From Paraphysomonas bandaiensis (taxonomy: Eukaryota > Protista > Chrysophyceae), in assembly GCA_965644295.1 (NCBI GenBank), contig CBFFRP010000367.1:31367-95366 (forward strand): 64,000 nt of DNA, given 5' to 3'. Positions 34,076 through 46,506 of the stretch are shown piece after piece. How positions within the stretch are numbered: the first letter of the stretch is position 1; each line of letters starts with the position of its first letter. Position numbers and translations under genes: made by a program. Under the pieces are notes generated by a model, which worked only from the letters and a program-made list of their open reading frames with translations, was not told the DNA's origin and made no database searches.

Positions 34076-34647
34076 TTAATTTCCAGTGGGCTCCAAGTCG
34101 GGCATATCATCATCATCACCGTCATCGCTATCTGCTTCGTCGTCGTCGTCCATACCATCAGCACCGCCCATACCGCCCATGTTCTTGAACATGTCCTGCA
34201 CATTTGTTACTGGTGCAAACTGCTTCTGTCACTACTCACCTCCATTCCCCCCATGCCTCCCAGTCCCATACCACCGTTGAGATTGCTCGTATCAAACCCT
34301 TCATCTTCCTCATCCTCATCAACATACCGATCCCAGTCGATCTTGACGTTCGTCTTCTCTAGATGTTTGTCCTGTAATAGTCTTGGCCAAAAGTCCTCAT
34401 CTTTGTCCTTTTTCATAAGCTTCATCTGAATGTTCATGGGCAAAACATTCATGATGCTCTCTTCAGTATCAATCGGTTTGTAGAACTCTAAGTCTACAGA
34501 GTACTTCTGATCGTTGCTTGTCCCGCTGAATACGAGTTTGTTCTCAGTGACATCTAAAGTGTGATCCTTCACATCAGGTAAAGATATCGTAACATAGAGT
34601 GAGTCTTTTCTCTGAGCCCACTTAACAGGAGCAGTAAGGGAAGACAT
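34076..34647 (-). CDS. PTGES3: Hsp90 co-chaperone p23 (CS domain; PTGES3/Sba1 family), 2 exons
   Basis: APVKWAQRKDSLYVTI...FWPRLLQDK...IDWDRYVDEDEE, GM-rich tail, ending DDMPDLEPTGN*; intron ~34196-34239. Confidence 0.92.
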
Positions 34648-35105
34648 GTCGAATAGTTTTAAACGTACTATAAAGTTTACTATGAAAGTTGTACCAGGAG
34701 GGTCTTAACACTATTAGTTTCATATGAACGGATGGATCCCACTGCCAGGAACTTTTATTTTCTCTATATATTCGATTTGTTTCCAGAATGATCTCAAATC
34801 AAATCCAGAAACAGAACCACAACAAACAAACAGAGCAGAGCAGAGGGATGGATGTGTGTACAGTATACCGTATACGTATACCTCATCATATACGGGCTGT
34901 ATGCTGCTGGTGGTGTGGTGTGTCCTCATGTGGTTTGTTTGTGCCGCGTCTTCCAGTCTTGAGCAGATAGATTCATCCTCTGCTCGTCATACATCTGCTC
35001 AAGTCTTCACGTTTCGGCAGAAGTTGAGTGTTGTGTTTTATTTTGCCGTAATGAAGACATCCACTATCTGTCAAGTATTTTTTATTAAGTAGAATCACAT
35101 TGGTC

Positions 35106-35725
35106 ATGAGATCCCTTCCAGGCCCCGCCAACTATGACAATGATCGGCATATATGTGATGATAGTGGCGATATTATAGATCACACATGCAAACTTCTTCC
35201 ATTCCAAACTGTAGGTATTGTTTTACTCGTAACATTATGCATTAACTCTCTATAGCCTCAATGGAATAACCTATGTGAAGCTGTCGGGATTCCAGCGAAT
35301 GTTGAAGAGAATTCGTGGAAGTTGAGTGTAAAACCTGTTATACCGTGTACGATCAGTGACGTGAAGAATGGAGCAGCAGACCTACGTGTCCACCGTGTGA
35401 TTGTTGTTGTATTGGAAGTGGTGCATGCGCCTTCAGAAGCATATGCCCTCACAGTTGGTGTACGCAGTGTAGTGATCGTAGTTTGGTGACGGTAATATTC
35501 TTGTCACAGGACCCTACTGGAAGCATGCCCGCATTTTTTGGAGCCGATACAGCGGATCTGCATCCCGGACTGCTGATACCAGGAACTGCTGTCATTCTAG
35601 AGGGAGTCGCCGTGTTCATGTCAAGCGCGACACGGGAGCGCCATCTTGCCCTCCACTCGCGAAATGTAGCTGCTGTATTTAGCGCTGAAAAAGAGGCACC
35701 GAGTTATCCAGAAGAGCATTTTTAA
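35106..35725 (+). CDS. HROB: HROB/MCM8IP (C17orf53, DUF4539)-like OB-fold protein, multi-exon; ends approximate
   Basis: LPGPA motif; DPTGSMPAFF...LIPGTAVILEGVAVF...HLALHSRNVAAVF resembles the HROB OB-fold DPTG...PGSVLLL..V.VF...YLNVT..N. Confidence 0.6.
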
Positions 35726-36908
35726 TATTATTCGGAAGACTGATATCATCGCTAGTTATAGGAGCCACGGAAAGTAGCCCCCAGATGCTTCACAACGATT
35801 TCTATTGGAAAGAAGCCAGTTACAACATTTCTTTCAGTCTCTTCGTCTTCGAAGAAAAACAACTTAATCTAATATTCTTTTCTTGTTACGTTATTGTTTC
35901 CGAATATATTTGCTACGTTTGTTAGGGCCACAACACTACTCTGTAAACAATTTATTCTGGGCATACCACTTCTTCGGACTTTGCAGTAAGCTGCTTTTAT
36001 CATGAATAGAATACACAACTACACTTTTAGAATTAACAGCATGATAAGAAGTTAGCTTGATGTTATTGATGACAATACGCTTTCTCAAAAGAAATATTCA
36101 CCTAACAATATTATTTGAAAGTATTATGTCTTATAAAATTATGTATTCGTTATGATTTAAGCCTAACGTCATTGACGTTGTGTCAAAGAGCAAATTACTA
36201 AGCAATATATTCTGATTCTGTTATTGGCATGTCCTTACATTTTTTCCTTCCTGCCCTTCATCGAGTGTGAAACTTGTGCTCTACAATATGCACCCTTTGA
36301 ATTATACTACTACGAAAAATTCACTATATTTATGTCTATTGTGAACTTCATGCTTTGTTGTGGATATTTTACTGCTTCCGATATAAGAGAAATGATTTTA
36401 GCAACGGATTCAGAGCATTTCCTCCTTCCAAAATATACCACTGCATTAGTTCATTCCGCACCTTAAAGTATGACTTGTCATCAGCAAGTGGTGCTCGGTT
36501 ACTATTAAAACCCAGTGCATATATGCGTAGTTGCACTGCAATCATTGATAGGTTGGATTGTATCTGTGATGGGTTACACTGAAAATGAAAAAACGGATAT
36601 TTCTAAGATGAATATCAACGAAAACTCACTTTCGAAAACACCAATACTAAAAATCACTTAAATTCAGTGAACAACAACCATCCATTCACTTCTGTTATGA
36701 AGTTCTCGTTTCTTTGATTTTTATAACACCTGCCTGTTAAAATCAGCACTATTTATGCTAAATTTCCTCTTGGCTCTGTTTTTATGTGTGACGAGATTTC
36801 TCAATTCTATGTACGAAATGAATGAGTCTTAACGTGTGATTCCACATATATATGTATATATATAGCTACGTGCTAACTGCTAACTGAGAAATTCAATTCA
36901 GAGAAGCA

Positions 36909-38521
36909 ATGCAGTCCACGGAGAATGGTAGTTGTAACGACACCTCCCCCATATTCAGGAATGTGGTGTGTCTGGCGCCTATGGTCAGAGCAGGATCTCT
37001 GGCCTTCCGATCTCTGTGTCTCAAATATGATGCTGACCTCGTATGGGGGGAAGAAATTATTGATAAACGACTGATTAAGTGTGAACGAGTGGTGAATGAA
37101 CGATTGAAGACAATCGACTTCATCGCCAATGGAAAAGTGCTAGTGTTTCGCACTGCTGCTGTCGAAACTGGAAAGGTTGTGTTTCAAATGGGAACATGCA
37201 GTGCAACAACGGCATTGGCTGCTGCCAAACTTGTTGAGAATGATGTATGCGCCATCGATATTAATATGGTAAAGCGTACTATATTGTTGTTATATCAGTT
37301 TGATGGTTTTCTGTGTAGGGCTGTCCCAAAAAGTTCAGTATTCAGGGTGGAATGGGTGCAGCACTTTTATCCAATCCAGACACAGCATGTGATATAGTTA
37401 GTGTATTGAGCAAGGGGCTTTCTATTCCTGGTGAAGTTTATGTATTTCTTTAAATAGTTCGCCTTAATCGCCGTTGTTAGTCACTGCCAAGATTCGAATT
37501 GTGGATACTGTTGAAGACACAATTAACATTATGCGTATGTTGGAAAGTGCCGGTGCATCAGCAATAACAGGTGAGTAGTTATTTGTGTGTTTCGTTAGTG
37601 ATATTTTTTATTTGATTAGTTCATTTGCGAACGAAGAATATGCCTTCCAGTGACCCCGCTAGGTGGGAAGATCTGCGGGCACTCGTTCAGTGTGTTCGTA
37701 TTCCTGTACTTGCTAATGGGGATGTTTATACTCGTGGGGATGCTTTTCATTTAATGTCCACGACAGGATGTGCCGGCGTAATGATGGCTCGACCGGTGTG
37801 TACATACAATTGTGATCTGCCTAATTAATGCTATCTGCAGTTATTGCTCAACCCTTCAGTTCTAATTAAAGGTCCTGCCAGTGATGATATTATTTCAACC
37901 AGTAATACTCAACCAGTATTATTTTTTTCTTTAAACCTAAGCGTTGATACATTGTAGGCTTAAGCGACTTAGACGAAAGCATTAAACCGTCAAAGCCACT
38001 TCGTGATGTTATATGTGATTTCTTGCGTGAGTGTATAGCATACGAACCGCACTTCCAGGTAATATGTCCGTTGTATTTGATGTTGACCTTGGCCGTAACT
38101 GCTCTGTATTTGGCCTAGATCGTCAAGTATACAATTCAAGAAATGATGTCAAGTAGAAGACATTGTCCGCAACGCTTGGTGAGTTACTACCGAGGGTGCA
38201 TTACGACTTAATTTCGATTTTCGCAGAAGCGACTGCGGACCTCTGGTTTGAGTTTCGGTCGTCTTGATGATGTATTTCATCGAGTCTGTGAAGCCAAGTC
38301 TTTGTCTGAAGTGTGTTCTATATTTGGTGTAAGCACCCTCGAAGATGACGATTCAGGTTGTGATCATATTGCAAAGAAAAGAAAAAGTACGCATGGTTCC
38401 TCTGAAAATGAGCAATTGTCATGCGATCATAGGTGAAGCGCTCCCGAGTTTTGTACTTATATTCTCATGCAGTATATGTAGGTTTGAAGATTCTTACTTT
38501 CAAGAGGAAAAGCAAAGTTAG
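36909..38521 (+). CDS. DUS2: tRNA-dihydrouridine synthase 2-like, multi-exon
   Basis: LAPMVRAGSLAFR...VWGEEIIDKRL...VFQMGT...IDINM|GCPKKFSIQGGMGAALL, VTAKIR, IPVLANGD, GVMMAR. Confidence 0.9.
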
Positions 38522-38906
38522 CTATACCAGTTAAATAGACAATATTTGATGTTATATATATTACGGTAAATTGAGTAAAAGCGGTCCTGATAAGATTTGA
38601 TTGAAATTATCGAAATATGAGCATGAACTTATTTAATACACAGGATGTTGATTCGCGAATGGTATTATTTTTCTAAATGTTCCTCGGCAATCTGGTCTGG
38701 TCTGGTCTGATCACGGTTATCTCAATAATGTACAGTTATGAATGAAAATTACTATTAAGACGCAAAACAATAAACTCTATCTAGTTATATATATAATACA
38801 GATTGTCATTCGGACAACGGAGTATATTGTCCCGCCTGCGTGTCATGTGGTAGTATTGGCCTTTTACCTACACACACCCTACACAGTATAATGGGGATAT
38901 AACCAG

Positions 38907-39005
38907 CAGGGCCTGATAACCATTAATGGCCCATTAATGGTAGTCCAGTTCCCGGCAATTATAATGGCCATTAATGCCATTACCATTAATGGTTACCAGG
39001 CCCTG
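38907..39005. mobile_element. 99-bp hAT-type MITE with 23-bp TIR and 8-bp TSD
   Basis: CAGGGCCTGATAACCATTAATGG...CCATTAATGGTTACCAGGCCCTG; GATATAAC on both sides (left copy offset by an extra CAG). Confidence 0.9.
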
Positions 39006-39129
39006 GATATAACTATCTACGTAGATTGATGTTGTACTAAATTCTCTTAGCAATACACTGTATAGTTTATTATATAACTGCTACACACCCAAACCAACCT
39101 TTCACTCCAATGACGGCCTATATCTTGTA

Positions 39130-39295
39130 CAGTAGTAAATGTCTGTTTATTTAGCAATAGGCGCTCAAGAGTCAGAACCAAATTATTAGCTAGATGAACA
39201 TTTACTAACCAGTTTAAACTCTGATGTCCTACCATTTAACGCTACGAGAATTGCTTGTGAAGTGAAGCACCAAGCAAGGTGCGACCATTTTTGCT
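39130..39295 (-). mobile_element. Retroposon 3' fragment (copy E)
   Basis: Reverse strand: TGGTCGCACCTTGCTTGGTGCTT...CACAAGCAATTCTCGTAGCGTTAAATGGTAGGA...TTCATCTAGCTAATAA...CGCCTATTGCTAAATAAACAGAC. Confidence 0.7.
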
Positions 39296-39586
39296 ATACT
39301 CGTAGATGTGAATGTAGGAGAAGTTGTGCAACGTAAAGCATGACAAGTGAAAGCAGTAATCTAAGTTTACTACTATCTTACTGGAGCGCTTAGATTACAC
39401 ATACATTTTGTGATTTTGTGCCATATGCACCGGGGACTGCCTTAATGTGCCTCACAGCAGGCACCGCGGGAAGCAGCAATATACACTTCTGAGTTTGGCA
39501 ATCTGGTGGCCTTCCCTTAGCTGTAGTGCCAAGTGTATATCTTGTACGGGCAGGATTGACAACAAAACGCTTATGTAAAGTGCAAT

Positions 39587-40003
39587 GTAGTAGTGAATGT
39601 CTGATTATGTGTAAGAGTCGGAACTAATGTAGCAAAACAACTAAACTAACTAATGCTTAACTCTGATATCCCATACGAAAGATGCTTGTGCCCTCAAGGT
39701 GGGCCTCTTCCTGGATGCTTGACTTCAGCAGGCAGTCCAATACCCCGGATGCTCTTGAGGAGGGTCCGTTCCCGGATGCCTGTTTATTCGTCAAGGGCCA
39801 AAGACATCTACACAAGTGACACTTTTTTTTGTTCCTTGTACCACACAAGCATTTGGCTATGAGTGGGCAAAACAATATCTACTGACCATATATGTGTCTC
39901 ACGTCATTAAACGTGTTCAAGGGTGTTATAAAAGCCCACGGTTTTACACCGATACTCATCCCTTAGAACAACACGAAAAGGTGCTAGTCCGACTTCGTTG
40001 AAT
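39587..40003 (-). mobile_element. Structured retroposon family, copy D
   Basis: Reverse strand begins TCAACGAAGTCGGACTAGCACCTTTTCGTG, shares the internal blocks, and ends ...AATCAGACATTCACTACTAC. Confidence 0.85.
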
Positions 40004-40295
40004 CTAATGCAAAATAATGACACATACCCCTCGTATCTTACAGGTTCCAGGCCTCTGGCACAGAGCGTAGGACGAGTAGTTTCCGTTTTCTTGTATTTGT
40101 GTACACATAGTTGATACAGCAGAGGTTTCTAACACAGCTTGCAGCTGCTCTCAATTATCATATTTTTTAAGGACCCCATTCAATCAATTTATTGTTGAGC
40201 AAACTCCCATTGTGTATGGTGTATGGTATCTGTAAGTATATATAAGTATAGTCCACAAGGGTATATAATGTTCAAATACTCTAGCGCACATGTAG

Positions 40296-40432
40296 CAAGG
40301 CTTGACAACCATTAATGGGTGCCCAGTTCCCAGAAATTATAATGGAAATTGATGAAATAGGTTTTGACAATTATAGTTGCATTACCATAAATGACCATTT
40401 ATGATATCGCCATTAATGTTTACCAGGTCCTA
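40296..40432. mobile_element. Older relative of the 38907 hAT MITE
   Basis: CAAGGCTTGACAACCATTAATGG...CCATTAATGTTTACCAGGTCCTA; flanks ACATGTAG/ATATGTAT (6 of 8 match). Confidence 0.7.
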
Positions 40433-40831
40433 ATATGTATACCATGATACGAAGGACAAAAATTGCTGATAGCTGTTACATGTATAACTACTGAAGTTAC
40501 ATTGAACCTGGTGCAGTCAAAGAAAATGTAATAAGCCTTGGAGAAAGCATTCAACGGCTACAAATTAGTGGTAGAAGATGGCGAATTAACTTGAGAATGT
40601 CAGAAACTATCATTTAAAGCCCCTTGAACTCTGTCAGCATAACACTCACTTAATTATTCATTGCAATTTCCTACGGTGATTAGTTTCACCACAGCCAATC
40701 AACTACTTGACAATAAACAACAACTCAGAGTATCGTCATATCTTATTGTTATGAAGTAAAACAAATTACACTTTAAAATCATGTTATAGTATATGTGCTG
40801 TATAACAGGTATGGAATACATGTACAACGTC

Positions 40832-43800
40832 TTAAAAATTAGTAAACGACAGTTCATCTTGCAAATCAAATGTTGACCCGATAGTATCATCGGTGTCGTG
40901 ACAGAGAAACTGCCTAAAATTTAAAACTCGGTTAACTCAAATAGCACTATATCAGACACAGATACCTCATTACTCCAAGTCTCTTCTCCAAGACAGACTT
41001 CATATCTTTTTTGTCTGGCGTTTGACCTTTTGGACGAATCCATTTAGTGTGATCACTATGCTTTAGCCCTCGAAGACGCAGTCTCCCTTGATTCTCGTCA
41101 TTCACAACTGATGTAGTTTGTTCAGGCTTTTGAAACTGGATCTCTTCTTTCAGGCTCTGAGGTAACCGTTGAAGTGGCTGACGTGTAAATTCCTTACTAG
41201 GCTCTTTAGCACGGAAATTTTCACTTGAAATAATATGAGGTATAACAGAAGCATCCAAGCCACTAGCTTTCTCACGTTGCATATTCACTCTATTAGGGGC
41301 TGACAACATGTCAGATACCTGAGAGATCGCACTACCATTAAAAAAGTAGAGCACTTCATAGGACTACTAACCATATTACACAATTTGCTTTTCTGCATTC
41401 GACCGTCTCTAATGTCAGTTGAACATTGTAAAACTTTCTCCACTAGGTCACTAACCTAAGTACACAATCAAAATAATAAATAATAATACAGATATTAGTC
41501 TTACAAGAAATTGATTGCATGTCGAGCTGCAGTCAGTTTCCGTGTCAGACTGCATAGTCTTCTTCTCAGAAGTTTGAGTTGAGCTTGATCGTGTAGTGCA
41601 ACGCTGTGACTGTGGGGATGATTCAGGACGATTTAGAGATGATTCTTTTTCGTGATGTGCTGTCAGGAATGGGTGACACAAAAGACCATTCTCTCCTCGA
41701 ATTGGGGCACGCTTGGACACATCTCTGACCAAGCAGCGTCGCGCAGCATCTACTCCTAATTGTTCATCAATAACCGGAAACTGGATATCTGCCTTTGGAT
41801 TAGTAATCATTGCAACCTTCTGATGAGTGTTTCGAAATGAAGCAAAAGGCGTTTTGCCATATAGCATTTGGTAGAGAATACATCCTAAACTCCATATATC
41901 ACTGGCTCTTCCATGCTTAATAATGCTTCCAGATGCAGCAGATTGATCATTATCATCATCCGAACACTCTGGTGGTGGAATAACTGACGGCATTACTGCC
42001 TCTGGGGCCATGTAATTCACAGTTCCAATTAGTCCATGACGAACAATGTTAGTTGTGTCGCTAGATATTTCTTTTGATATACCAAAGTCAATCAGCTTAA
42101 GTTCACCTCGAACAAATACAAAATTGGCAGGTTTAAGGTCGCCGTGAACAATACGATGCTCATGAATGTGATCGACGGCTAATAACATTCGCTCCCACAC
42201 CATTCGCATGTAAAACGGATTAACTTTACTAGAATTGGGATGTGAAGATGCGTATGCTTTCTTCTGGTGTGATATTGAGGTTGCCAAGTCCACTTCACCC
42301 ATTTCCATGACCATTGCAACAAACATATCGTTTTTATTGACTTCTGAAGCAATTAGATCAATGATGTAATCACTCCCTTTGCACTGTTTGAGAAGATTGA
42401 TTTCATTTGCATAGCTTTCGAACACTTCTTCTGCATCATCTACACAACTACTCCGAATGTCGACTCTCTTGTATGCATACAAATCTCCAGTTTTCAGCGA
42501 CACGACACGGCGCACAGATGAGCTTGCACCCCTACCCAAAGTTCCGCCTAATTGTATGTACTTTTTGTTCTCAACCACAACTTCTTTGCAGGAATCCAGA
42601 AATGCTGAAGAAGAATAAACCTTTTTCGCTGGTTTCAGAGAGATTTGTATTTCGTCATCTTCTGGTGTCGATACTTTTTCAGCCACCTTAGATCTTGACG
42701 ATCTTCTTGCTTTAGCACGTGGTGGCGATGCGACACTGTCATCAACATTTGAACTTTTCGATTCTCTCTCCGTATCACCTCCAGCGAAAGACACTCTTTT
42801 TTTTCCCTCTTCTACACTTGTCTCATAGGCCTCGCGGTGACGTGTATGGCTTCGTTTATTATTAGATTCTTTCAGTGTTATCACTAACTCGTCGGAAGCA
42901 TCATTAGGGGGCTGAGTAGATGATTTCTTTGTTACTGTGGTGTTCAGTACGGAACTTTTATTCACACGATCAATACGATTGCCTTCATTCGATTGAGCCT
43001 TTGTGACCTCAGCTGCAGTGAGACATGCTGTTGATTCACAGTTTGTTTCTGTATTACAATCTGAATCACTACTAGTCTCTATATCTTTAGATCGCTTCTG
43101 TCTACTCTGAAGAACCACTACTGAGTCATTCAGTGCTGAGTTTTTCTCTTGCACGGATACTGCACTTGTTGTAGATTCACCAGGCAACACCCGCGCAGGC
43201 ATTCCTAAATATATCATGTCAGATAAAACATAGATAGAAATATATATTACCTAGTCGAGGGCGACTACGACCCGCAATCTTATCGCTATTGCGTTTAATA
43301 TATTGACTATCTAAGAGCGGTGGCTGGTCAATCTGGACAGGAGTCGTGTCGCCCGGCCTGCTCACTACTGCGGAGGCGATGCTCCCGCCGTTATCACGAC
43401 ACTCTTTGTCTAGCTTAGAACAGGTAGTATCTGCTTTATCTTCTTTTTTGTCATAACTAACGTTTTCTTTTCCTGTGGCCTACACGAGACTTTTATACTG
43501 GCAAGAGTATAGCACATACAAATCCACCTTGCTTGTGACTCTTACATCGTCATTCGTGTTACTTCGCAACAATGGCTGCATGAGTAGCTAAGTACATACA
43601 ACCTTAACAAGAACAACTTGCAATATACCTTGGAGCTTGAAGAAATGCTTCCCGAGCCATCCATGCTTTCCATTTCTTTCCAAGCTTGAATAAAGGACGG
43701 ATGTCCACATCCAATGCCTTTTTTCTTCATTTCTCTCAGTACTCTCCTCGGATCTTTGTTGTGCAACCTACGACAGCTATAATAATGATTTCATAGTACA

Positions 43801-44198
43801 TATAGACTACCCATACCCAAAGTACTGCGCTTTAAATAAATACAACTCGACAAAAGCAGTATCATTATAGTTTGCTGGATTATCGAGCACTGGAAAAATA
43901 TCATTGAATAAGCGGCATATTGACGCATGGTTGTCTTCCTTGTTAGCAACATATCTTATATAAGCTGACCAGTGTTTTACAGATGTCGAGTCTACAAATA
44001 AAATATTGTGCAACAATTTCTTTTGAACTTCACCAGATGTCGAATAATCGAACAGAAGTCTGTGCTTAGTTGTACCTAACCTCTCTTTTATTGCTGCATT
44101 CCATTTCTCTTCCTATAAAGACATTCTTTAGCAACTGATGTTGTTTCAGTTTTATACATTCCCACCTCACATACATCGACCCGATTCACAGATGTCAT
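40832..44198 (-). CDS. TTK: Spindle-checkpoint kinase MPS1/TTK, multi-exon
   Basis: LGRGASSSV, NEINLL, MVMEMGEVDL, IVHGDLKPANFVFVRGELKLIDFGISKEISSDTTNIVR, GTVNYMAPEA, GRASDIWSLGCILYQMLYGKTPF; helical N-terminal exons at 43600-44198. Confidence 0.9.
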
Positions 44199-45719
44199 TG
44201 TGCTGTGCCACTAACAGAGATCAAGATCTCGCTTCGACTATGATATTATACAGCAGATTCAATCCCTACTTAAACAAATGAAATCTATCGTTCTGTTATT
44301 TTAAAGAAGCAGCTATTTCTTTCATCAACTTTCTTTCAACGAGGGTCTGTCTGTGCTCGCATGGTGTCAGTGGTGCATATGTGGCAAGTTCAACGGTTAC
44401 CTTCCAAAAACATTCATATGTGTCTGTATACCTGATTGTATACTGCTGTACTTTGTGATGGACAACAAAATGTCCGCACCACTAGACTACTGCTGTATAC
44501 AGGTATACGTATATACCACCCCTCTATCTATCTACTGTGTCTATCTATATGGGGGTCCTGTTTGTAGACAGGGGTAGCATATGATATGATATTGTATGAG
44601 CTATACCAGAGTTAGTATGCATCTCTAACGCCTCAGCAATGAGTGGTCTCACGGGGCTATATCACTGAACATTGTGGCGAAGGGTACTCTTAACGACACT
44701 TGATATACTATACATTCAGCTTATGACAGTGAGGTTATTTTATATATTACAGTTGGTCTCCACTCGTTGATAAATACAATGTGCTCTCTACCCACACTTC
44801 GATCACGTTAACGAAGGGAAATATGTTATTTCCATTTAGATGGCTGAAGGTCACGATCGTATGTTGGAGATATTATGTGCTGTGCTGCTTACATATGTAT
44901 TCATTCGTTGTGTGGAATAAAACTCACAAGTGAAGAAGGAATAATTATAACGTTCAGTATGTGCTTGAACTGTGACTACTTCATTAAGCTTCGTTATTTG
45001 TTACAGATCGGACATATTGTGCACTCAATTTGATTTCGTGTGTAGATACAAGTTACAATTCCCATTTTGAATTACGAACGCACTTGCAAGCATAAAGAAT
45101 ATATGTCTTCAATTAAAACTTAAGTATTTTTACTCTGGGTTAATGTATCTCCTTTCAAACAACCTGCACTATTTCTGACAATTACACATAATAATAAAAG
45201 TGGTGCGTGCAAATTGGGACAAAACTGACAGATATCTGACTCAGCAGAATATCTGGTTGTGATAGTTGTACCGTATACATCCAGGAAGTAGCGCAGTCGG
45301 AGCCCAACAAGGACACATGAAAATACTCGAAGTGTCTACTAAATTCCACTATCTGGTGTGTTCGTATCTGAATCGTACTTAAAAGTATAAATTATCACCA
45401 AAATAAGGCAAGAATTATGAGATGTTAAAAATTTCCAAAGATTACATATAATATCATTAATAGTGGAAACATCTATTGTTTTACTTTTGTCCTATTCGGG
45501 CATGAAACGAAAATTTAAAGAATAGACAAGAGTGTGGTGTACAAAATCTACTTTGTTACTACAATTGGTTGATAGCGTGTATAAGTATAAAACATCTAAT
45601 AAAAGCAGTTGTCTACCCAACCATAGCTAGTTCAATACGCATTTCATGGACGCAATATAAACACTACTCAAATACCTATACTGCATCACGGTTAAGAAAC
45701 ATTGAGAAGTTGACATGTT

Positions 45720-46131
45720 TTAACTATCTTCGTCATCATAGAGAGTTATTTGAAAAGTTTTCAGAATCGGTTCACGAATATGCCAAGTCGTTTTATCCCC
45801 TCGCCTGAACTCTCCTGCAACTCCTGGATACAGCTCCATTGTCGCTCCACCTTCAACAATAACTGTTGCCTGGCCTTCAACAACTGTGAAAAATTCATCT
45901 TCTTCGACATCTGTAACTACTCCTGGAAAGAGTACTGTAATATTACACACAAAATGTGTCATGGATACCTTCTGTACACTTCCATATTCCTCGCACAACA
46001 TTTCCATTGTATGATGTGGATAAAACTCTGCTCGACACGACAGGAGAACCACTGACAACTTTATTCGGTTCCAGCTGGTCTTCGTCAAGCTCAACCTCCC
46101 TTACGGAACAAGAGTAACTCGGAGTTGACAT
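45720..46131 (-). CDS. Cupin (DUF861/EutQ-like) protein, 2 exons
   Basis: VVSGSP...GIWKCTE|GVVTDVEEDEFFTVVEGQATVIVEGG...LYPG...GDKTTWHIREPILKTF; 46-nt GT-AG intron at 45968-45923. Confidence 0.85.
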
Positions 46132-46506
46132 GCGTAGCAGATGTTCTTGTCACAGAATAGAGAGGAAATTGCAATCGTGAATGGCGATGATGGAACATGA
46201 TTCAGCAGTAAAGTTGCAACACACCATCACATTGCCGTATTCTACACTGTACTACTGTATCTATATCCTGACCCTGTAACATATAGCATGTACCGTATAC
46301 CGTATACTATGGTGTACATGTAGACGTATCCAAGAGGTGTTGGGGTACAGTATCCTGGTATACGACCGTACCATACACTATACTCCAAACTGGTACACGC
46401 CACTGTAACAGTCCACCTCCACCAGCCCAAAACTCAGTGGTGGTATGTTTTGACGAGAGTGTTTACATTGATTAGTTGTTGGGTGTTGTCAAATACAACT
46501 GACAAT

